In this document: piece by piece, positions 58,546-64,000 of the stretch
Layout: the number at the start of each line of letters is the position of its first letter
Numbering within the stretch: position 1 is the first letter of the stretch
Assembly: GCA_964634935.1 (NCBI GenBank)
Contig: CAZWJT010000007.1
Location: 77,808 to 141,807 of the forward strand
From: an uncultured Planctomycetia bacterium
Lineage (GTDB): Bacteria > Omnitrophota > Gorgyraeia > Duberdicusellales > Duberdicusellaceae
Direction: 5' to 3'
Length of the DNA stretch: 64,000 nucleotides
Made by a program: the position numbers and the translations under genes
The notes under the pieces: model-generated
The model's input: only the letters and a program-made list of their open reading frames with translations
Database searches by the model: none
Told to the model about the DNA's origin: nothing

Positions 58546-59834
58546 AGATTCTAGTGATTGGTTCTGGTGGCCGTGAACACGCGCTTATTTGGAAAATATC
58601 GCAATCAAAGCTGTGTGACAAGATTTTTTGTGCTCCGGGTAACGGGGGGATTGCTGATGATGCTGAATGTGTTGATATTGTTCCGGAACAAATCCCTGAA
58701 CTTGTCGAATTTGCTCGCAAGGAGAAAATCGACTTTACTGTTGTTGGCCCAGAAGCTTCCTTATCGTTAGGCATCGTTGATGAATTCAAGAACCACAATT
58801 TAGAGATTTTTGGTCCCACGAAAACTGCTGCCCGCCTGGAATCAAGTAAGGTTTTTGCCAAAGAATTTATGAAGCGATATTCGATTCCTACCGCAGACTT
58901 TAAAGTATTTGTTTCTCCAGAAAAAGCTCGAGATTTTGTCACGCAACGAGGCGTTCCATGCGTACTGAAAGTTGATGGTCTTGCACAGGGTAAAGGGGTT
59001 GTGGTTGCAGAAACGCTGGAACAGGCGAACGATGCGATTTCTGCTATGATGGAGGAAAAGTCTTTTGGGAGTGCCGGGCAAACACTTTTGATTGAAGATA
59101 TGTTGCACGGAGAAGAAGCATCGATACTTATTCTTACGGATTCTCAAGAGTTTATTCCTCTTGCGACAAGTCAGGATCACAAGCGTGTTTTTGACTGTGA
59201 CCAAGGCCCGAATACCGGAGGCATGGGAGCATATTCGCCAGCCTTAGCGGTGAAGCCAGATATCTGGAAGGCTATCGAGGAAAAAATTATTAAACCGATT
59301 CTCAAGGGTTTCATTCAGGAGAAAATTGTCTATCGGGGAGTACTGTATATCGGTATTATGATTACCGAAAATGGGCCTTTTGTTCTTGAGTTTAATGCCC
59401 GCTTTGGAGATCCGGAAACTCAAGCGATTCTTCCGCGACTTTCTTCGGATCTTTTGGAAGTTTTGTTAGCAACCAGCCGGAGCCGGCTTGCTTCATTTTC
59501 TTCAAAAGGAGGTTTACTTTGGAAGAAGGAATCCTGCGTGTGCGTCGTTTGTGCGTCCGGGGGGTATCCTGGAGCATATGAAAGGAACAAAGAAATTTTT
59601 GGACTTGAAGCCGTGAAAAGAATCCCGAATCTTTTTGTGTTTCACGCAGGGACAAAAGCGATAAGAATCGCAGAAAAGAAAACCCAATATTTTACGAACG
59701 GCGGGCGCGTATTAGGGGTTACAGGTCTCGGAAATAGCATTTCAGACGCAGCCGGGTACGTCTATCAAGCTGTTTCAGGGATTCGTTTTCAGGGGATGCA
59801 CTATCGTCGTGACATTGCTGCAAAGGCTTTTTAG
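58542..59834 (+). CDS. purD: phosphoribosylamine--glycine ligase
   Basis: 'MKILVIGSGGREHAL' is the characteristic N-terminus. Confidence 0.85.
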   Translation: MKILVIGSGGREHALIWKISQSKLCDKIFCAPGNGGIADDAECVDIVPEQIPELVEFARKEKIDFTVVGPEASLSLGIVDEFKNHNLEIFGPTKTAARLESSKVFAKEFMKRYSIPTADFKVFVSPEKARDFVTQRGVPCVLKVDGLAQGKGVVVAETLEQANDAISAMMEEKSFGSAGQTLLIEDMLHGEEASILILTDSQEFIPLATSQDHKRVFDCDQGPNTGGMGAYSPALAVKPDIWKAIEEKIIKPILKGFIQEKIVYRGVLYIGIMITENGPFVLEFNARFGDPETQAILPRLSSDLLEVLLATSRSRLASFSSKGGLLWKKESCVCVVCASGGYPGAYERNKEIFGLEAVKRIPNLFVFHAGTKAIRIAEKKTQYFTNGGRVLGVTGLGNSISDAAGYVYQAVSGIRFQGMHYRRDIAAKAF

Positions 59835-59843
59835 GAGGAACAG

Positions 59844-60305
59844 ATGCGTATTGGGTTAGGTTTTGATTTACATCGTTTTCAGAAAAAAAGAGCGCTTTTT
59901 CTCGCGGGAGTGAAAATTCCACACACGCACGGATTGTTGGGTAATTCTGACGCTGATGTTGTGCTGCATGCGTTATCCGATGCGATATTGGGCGCCCTGG
60001 GGAAAGGCGATATTGGCGATTATTTTCGCGACCAAGACAGCGCTTGCCGGGGCATGAACAGTTCTGAAATCGTCAGTTTTGTTCTTAAGGTGCTGCGTAA
60101 ACAGAAAAAGAAAATCGGTAATATTGATCTTACGCTTATTACCGATGAGCCGCGGCTGTTTAGCTATAAGAAAGTACTTGTGGAAAGTTTAACCAAATTA
60201 CTAGGTATTTCTGCGCGTCAACTCAATGTAAAGCTTAAATCTCAAGAGGGCGTATGGAAACCAGCGCGCTTTGCAATGTGCACCGCATTGGTTTTAATCC
60301 AATAG
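59844..60305 (+). CDS. ispF: 2-C-methyl-D-erythritol 2,4-cyclodiphosphate synthase
   Basis: 'GLGFDLHRF' and 'GNSDADVVLHALSDAILGA' are present. Confidence 0.85.
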   Translation: MRIGLGFDLHRFQKKRALFLAGVKIPHTHGLLGNSDADVVLHALSDAILGALGKGDIGDYFRDQDSACRGMNSSEIVSFVLKVLRKQKKKIGNIDLTLITDEPRLFSYKKVLVESLTKLLGISARQLNVKLKSQEGVWKPARFAMCTALVLIQ

Positions 60306-60485
60306 CCTGTCTTCAACTAATTATTTTATTTATTTTCCTCGTTGTTCCCTTGAAACCGCTTTCAGCCATCCTGTAGATAGGTTTTTTTCAAAGAGTAATA
60401 ATAGTTAATAAAATCAACAACTTTTTTACTACTCTTTTCCGATGATCCCTTGTTTTTGCCTATTTTTCCATGGTATACTTTGCCT

Positions 60486-60968
60486 ATGAGAGTCTGCCCA
60501 TTTTGCGACAGTTTGGTTCCTGCCGGGGAAGAAAGGTGCATATTTTGCGCAAAACGCCTTCCCGAGGATTTAAGCGCAGCGCCACGCTATAGCAGTGATG
60601 CGCGGAGTTTCCCCCGAGTTTCTATCGAAGAAAAGATTTTTTTTGATCTCCTTCAATCTTCTCCGCAAGGGACAAATCTAAAGCGCACGGCAATATTGAA
60701 GGATTTAAGTATCGCTGGCCTTTATTTCGAGACTGATCAGGCAAAAGATCTGGCTCAGAGTGATATTATCTGGATTTCTTTTGAGCTTCCTGATTGGCCA
60801 AGGCCGTTGCGTTTTCATGGGGAAGTACGGAGGATTAAGCAAATTTCAGAAACAAAAACTGGGATCGGAGTAATGTTTTTGTGTATTGAAGAGAATGAGA
60901 AACGGGCACTGAAAAAGTTTATCCACACAAAACTATCCTTGAACCTTTCCCGCTCCCATAAGCCGTAA
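60486..60968 (+). CDS. PilZ-domain c-di-GMP receptor with N-terminal zinc ribbon
   Basis: 'CPFCDS...CIFCAK' is a Cys4 motif. The PilZ motifs are 'RSFPR' (RxxxR) and 'DLSIAG' (DxSxxG). The ATG at 60450 is an alternative start. Confidence 0.5.
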   Translation: MRVCPFCDSLVPAGEERCIFCAKRLPEDLSAAPRYSSDARSFPRVSIEEKIFFDLLQSSPQGTNLKRTAILKDLSIAGLYFETDQAKDLAQSDIIWISFELPDWPRPLRFHGEVRRIKQISETKTGIGVMFLCIEENEKRALKKFIHTKLSLNLSRSHKP

Positions 60969-61613
60969 GGCGTAATAGAGGGTTTTTATCCCTTCGTTCA
61001 TCACTGCCACGAATGAATCTTCGTCCTCAAGAATATCTGAGATTTTTTTCTGTAAAGCTTCTCGTGGTAGAGAACAGAAAATCAGCTGGATTTCTGGTAC
61101 TTGGAAAGTCCGCGAATAGATGAATTTTACTCTCCGCATATGAAAGATGCTCGCTGTGATCAGCGCTGTGCGTATTTTTAACTCCCGCAGCCGTTCGCTG
61201 ATGTAGCGGCATTCTTGAATCGTATTCTCGCCCCTTGTTTCAGTGAGAATGTGGTGCGGGTTTACACCAAGGTGCGTGAGGTAATGTTTACTCCAGATTG
61301 CTCCCGAAACAACTTCATTTTGCCAAACCCAGGATTTCCCTTCTTTTACGGAACCGCTGACCAGAATTTTTTTTGCGTATCCCCGGTGGTAGAGGCTTGC
61401 GACATTCTGGAGAGTTTCGGTCCATGATCCCCCCATCACCACGATGATATCCGATTTTTCAGGAGGCTCGGAATAGGCAAGAAAATATACGAGTGGACGT
61501 ATTGAAAGGAGTGTTAAGAACAGAACAAAGAAACTGACAATAAGAAGTTTTATGTTAAAACGCAAAAGCCTTTCAACCGCTCTATTGAAAAAAAAGATCG
61601 TTTTTCTGACCAT
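60933..61613 (-). CDS. YdcF/DUF218-family protein
   Basis: An N-terminal TM anchor is followed by 'IVVMGGSWTETLQNVASLYHRGYAKKILVSG'. Confidence 0.6.
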   Translation of the reverse strand: MVRKTIFFFNRAVERLLRFNIKLLIVSFFVLFLTLLSIRPLVYFLAYSEPPEKSDIIVVMGGSWTETLQNVASLYHRGYAKKILVSGSVKEGKSWVWQNEVVSGAIWSKHYLTHLGVNPHHILTETRGENTIQECRYISERLRELKIRTALITASIFHMRRVKFIYSRTFQVPEIQLIFCSLPREALQKKISDILEDEDSFVAVMNEGIKTLYYALRLMGAGKVQG

Positions 61614-61715
61614 CGATCTTACTATACAGAAAACGGCCGTGGCTGTAAATTAAAATTTTAATTTTTCCGAAACGATGTATAATATAAAAAAGATTTATTG
61701 GAAAGCAGAGAAACG

Positions 61716-62987
61716 ATGCTTGATCCGAAATTCATACGCGACAACGAAACACTTATTCGAGAGGCACTGTTTTTTAAGGCGCCGCAGTTTCCATTTGATG
61801 CTTTTTTAGAGCTTGATGTGATGCGGAGGAAGAAGAATGCCGAACGAGAAGGACTTTACGCACAGCGTAACCTCATCAGTCAAGAGATAGCCGCGCTTAA
61901 AAAACAGGGCCAGGATGCTTCTGCGAAGCTTGCTGCGGCAGAAGGAATTTCTCAGGCTATCGATGCACTCGAAGGGGAAACTTCTGAGTTAAATCAGCGT
62001 TTCGAACAGGATTTACTGAGAATTCCAAATATTATACACTCCAGCGTCCCCCGGGGAGATGCGTCCGCAAATGTTGTTGTCCGCGAGTGGGGAAAGAAAC
62101 AAGTTTTTTCTTTTACTCCACAAAGTCATGTCGAATTAGCCGAGAAGCTTGATATCATTGATTTTAAGCGGGCGACAAAAATCACCGGATCAAATTTCAT
62201 TCTTTTTAAGAAGCAGGGGGCTCTTTTGGAGAGAGCTTTATTTAATTTTATGCTTGATATCCACACTCAAAAACACGGCTACACTGAAGTTTTTCCGCCA
62301 TTTCTCGTGAATCGTGCCTCAATGATTTGCACCGGGCAGCTTCCGAAACTCGAAGATGACATGTATCGGGTCGTTGATGACTTATTTCTTATTCCAACAG
62401 CAGAAGTTCCGGTAACGAATATTCACCGTGACGAAGTTCTCGATGAAAGTGATTTACCGCTGCGTTATACCGCATATACCGGATGTTTTCGGCGGGAAGC
62501 GGGAAGTTACGGTAAAGATACCCGAGGGCTTGTTCGGGTTCACCAGTTTGATAAAGTTGAGATGGTAAAAATAGTGAAACCCGAAACTTCTTATGATGAA
62601 CTTGAAAAGCTCGTTTCTGACGCAGAAGAAATTCTGAAACTTCTTGGACTTGCGTATCGGGTTGTGGCTCTTGCTTCGGGAGATTTGAGCTTTGCCGCGA
62701 GCAAGTGCTATGATCTCGAAGTGTATTCTCCCGGCATCGACCGCTGGCTTGAAGTTTCCAGTTGCTCAAATTTTGAAGATTTTCAAGCGCGTCGGGGCAA
62801 TATTCGTTTTCGCGAACAGGGAACAAAAAAGATGCGTTTTGTTCACACTCTGAATGGTTCTGGCTTGGCTTTGCCGCGTATCGTCGTTGCGCTCCTTGAG
62901 GTTTATCAGGACGAAGATGGAAGTATTCATCTTCCGGAAATATTAAAACCGTATTTGCATGGCAGCACCATTATCTCAGGAAAATAG
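61716..62987 (+). CDS. serS: serine--tRNA ligase
   Basis: 'MLDPKFIRDN' is the SerS N-terminus, followed by a coiled-coil arm and class II aaRS motifs. Confidence 0.85.
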   Translation: MLDPKFIRDNETLIREALFFKAPQFPFDAFLELDVMRRKKNAEREGLYAQRNLISQEIAALKKQGQDASAKLAAAEGISQAIDALEGETSELNQRFEQDLLRIPNIIHSSVPRGDASANVVVREWGKKQVFSFTPQSHVELAEKLDIIDFKRATKITGSNFILFKKQGALLERALFNFMLDIHTQKHGYTEVFPPFLVNRASMICTGQLPKLEDDMYRVVDDLFLIPTAEVPVTNIHRDEVLDESDLPLRYTAYTGCFRREAGSYGKDTRGLVRVHQFDKVEMVKIVKPETSYDELEKLVSDAEEILKLLGLAYRVVALASGDLSFAASKCYDLEVYSPGIDRWLEVSSCSNFEDFQARRGNIRFREQGTKKMRFVHTLNGSGLALPRIVVALLEVYQDEDGSIHLPEILKPYLHGSTIISGK

Positions 62988-63579
62988 AGCGGTACGAATA
63001 ATCAAGCTTCTTTCATTCCTGATTTTTCTTCCTGTGTTTGTTGGCTTTATCGGTGGTTTTTGTCTGGTCTTAGATAAACTAGAGCCTTTATTCTCCCAGT
63101 GTTTCTATTGGGGTGTGATCGCGTATCTTGTGGTACATATTTTTATCTTTGAGCCGCTCCAATTTTACAAAAAAACACAGAAATTTATCCAAGTTATTTT
63201 TGGTTTTTTTGCCCCGCTTTTCAAAGTTGCCCATTATATTGTTCCTTTATGGGTTATTATTTTAATTCTCGTGTATCTGATTCTCAAATTCGCTTTTCAG
63301 ATAAATGTTATCCAGGAGATATTCTTTTTTCTGACGGGAGCTTTTTTTATGATGCATACGGCGCTCGTTGCTAAGATGCTCCGGACGGATGATCTGCATA
63401 AAATCATTGATTACTTTTTTTTAATCCTTCTTGTTTTGATGATCAACGTTTTTTTCTTAGCGCTCACCATAAAAGTTTACCAACCCCAGTTTTCTCTGAC
63501 TGCCATTGCTCAAGAAGGATTCCAATGGGGAATAGGAGTTTGCAGGACTGTTTTTAACCAGCTTTTTGTTCCTTCGTAA
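62959..63579 (+). CDS. hypothetical polytopic membrane protein
   Basis: It has six hydrophobic segments. The start overlaps serS by 29 nt and there is no other early Met. Confidence 0.35.
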   Translation: MAAPLSQENRAVRIIKLLSFLIFLPVFVGFIGGFCLVLDKLEPLFSQCFYWGVIAYLVVHIFIFEPLQFYKKTQKFIQVIFGFFAPLFKVAHYIVPLWVIILILVYLILKFAFQINVIQEIFFFLTGAFFMMHTALVAKMLRTDDLHKIIDYFFLILLVLMINVFFLALTIKVYQPQFSLTAIAQEGFQWGIGVCRTVFNQLFVPS

Positions 63580-63607
63580 TAAAAGCCTGCTTGATGATAT
63601 TTACGGC

Positions 63608-64000
63608 ATGAAGAAAAACTTTTTTAGCCAATTGTTTTTCCTGGGGTTTTTGATGATTTGTCTGTTTGGTTTTCGCTTTCAGCATATGCCTTCCCCGCGC
63701 ATACCCCAGAAAAAAGACTATTCATTGAGTCTACGTTTTCAGGAACGTACCCGGACGTATCAGGTTCACCTGCCTCCTCAGTATCGCAGAGGAGGCTCGT
63801 TTCCGCTTGTTATAGTGCTTCATGGAGGTGGAGGGAACGCTTCGATAATTGAATGGATGACCGGGTTTACCCAGAAGGCAGATCAAGAGGGGTTTATTGT
63901 TGTCTATCCGAATGGTACAGGAAAACTTCCACGGAATTTTCTTACCTGGAATGGCGGGAACTGTTGCGGGTATGCGCTTGAAAACGACATTGATGATGTC
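63608..64000 (+). CDS. secreted alpha/beta-hydrolase (PHB-depolymerase/LpqC-like esterase), 5' fragment running off the window
   Basis: Manual translation gives 'MKKNFF...YQVHLPPQYRRGGSFPLVIVLHGGGGNA...FIVVYPNG'. There is no stop before the window end. The ORF track does not list it. Confidence 0.5.
   Translation, partial: MKKNFFSQLFFLGFLMICLFGFRFQHMPSPRIPQKKDYSLSLRFQERTRTYQVHLPPQYRRGGSFPLVIVLHGGGGNASIIEWMTGFTQKADQEGFIVVYPNGTGKLPRNFLTWNGGNCCGYALENDIDDV

Noticed and set aside
1-64000. CRISPR arrays, integrases/transposases and prophage genes
   Set aside because: I scanned for regularly spaced repeats and for recombinase motifs and recognised none. The only tandem or direct repeats seen are intragenic TPR-unit duplications.

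Overview
The window is 64 kb of low-GC bacterial chromosome, almost entirely coding and mostly on the + strand. I found no transposases, integrases or CRISPR arrays. The six radical-SAM genes suggest an anaerobe, but I do not assign a lineage.

Layout:
(i) 37..18304 is an ~18 kb cell-surface glycan gene cluster. It encodes methyltransferases, GT2 and GT4 glycosyltransferases, a WbpB-like dehydrogenase, a WbpD-like acetyltransferase, a Wzx flippase, a heparinase II/III-like protein, a radical-SAM/SPASM enzyme, a formyltransferase, AsnB-like and WecB enzymes, and a TMTC-like membrane TPR protein.
(ii) 18361..22018 holds HtpX, small membrane proteins, a TPR-fused K+ channel and tRNA-Phe.
(iii) 22034..26387 is a minus-strand cassette of three radical-SAM enzymes and a GT2. 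Downstream are a pilin-like gene, HemW, a thioredoxin-CcdA fusion, a DUF1573 protein and another radical-SAM gene.
(iv) 30993..41467 is what I judge the most interesting region. It encodes a 1418-aa GGDEF plus STAND (AAA_16) NTPase protein. Immediately after it comes a stand-alone MshE-N-type c-di-GMP receptor domain, then a PilB/GspE ATPase core lacking that domain, a second full-length GspE/PilB, PilC/GspF and a porin-like outer-membrane protein.
(v) 41603..63579 is housekeeping: rplU-obg, proBA, nadD, a phosphohexomutase, plsC, rpsA, tyrS, a pur operon containing a PurS-PurL fusion, ispF, a PilZ protein and serS.

Every call rests on motif recognition by eye. No database search was run.
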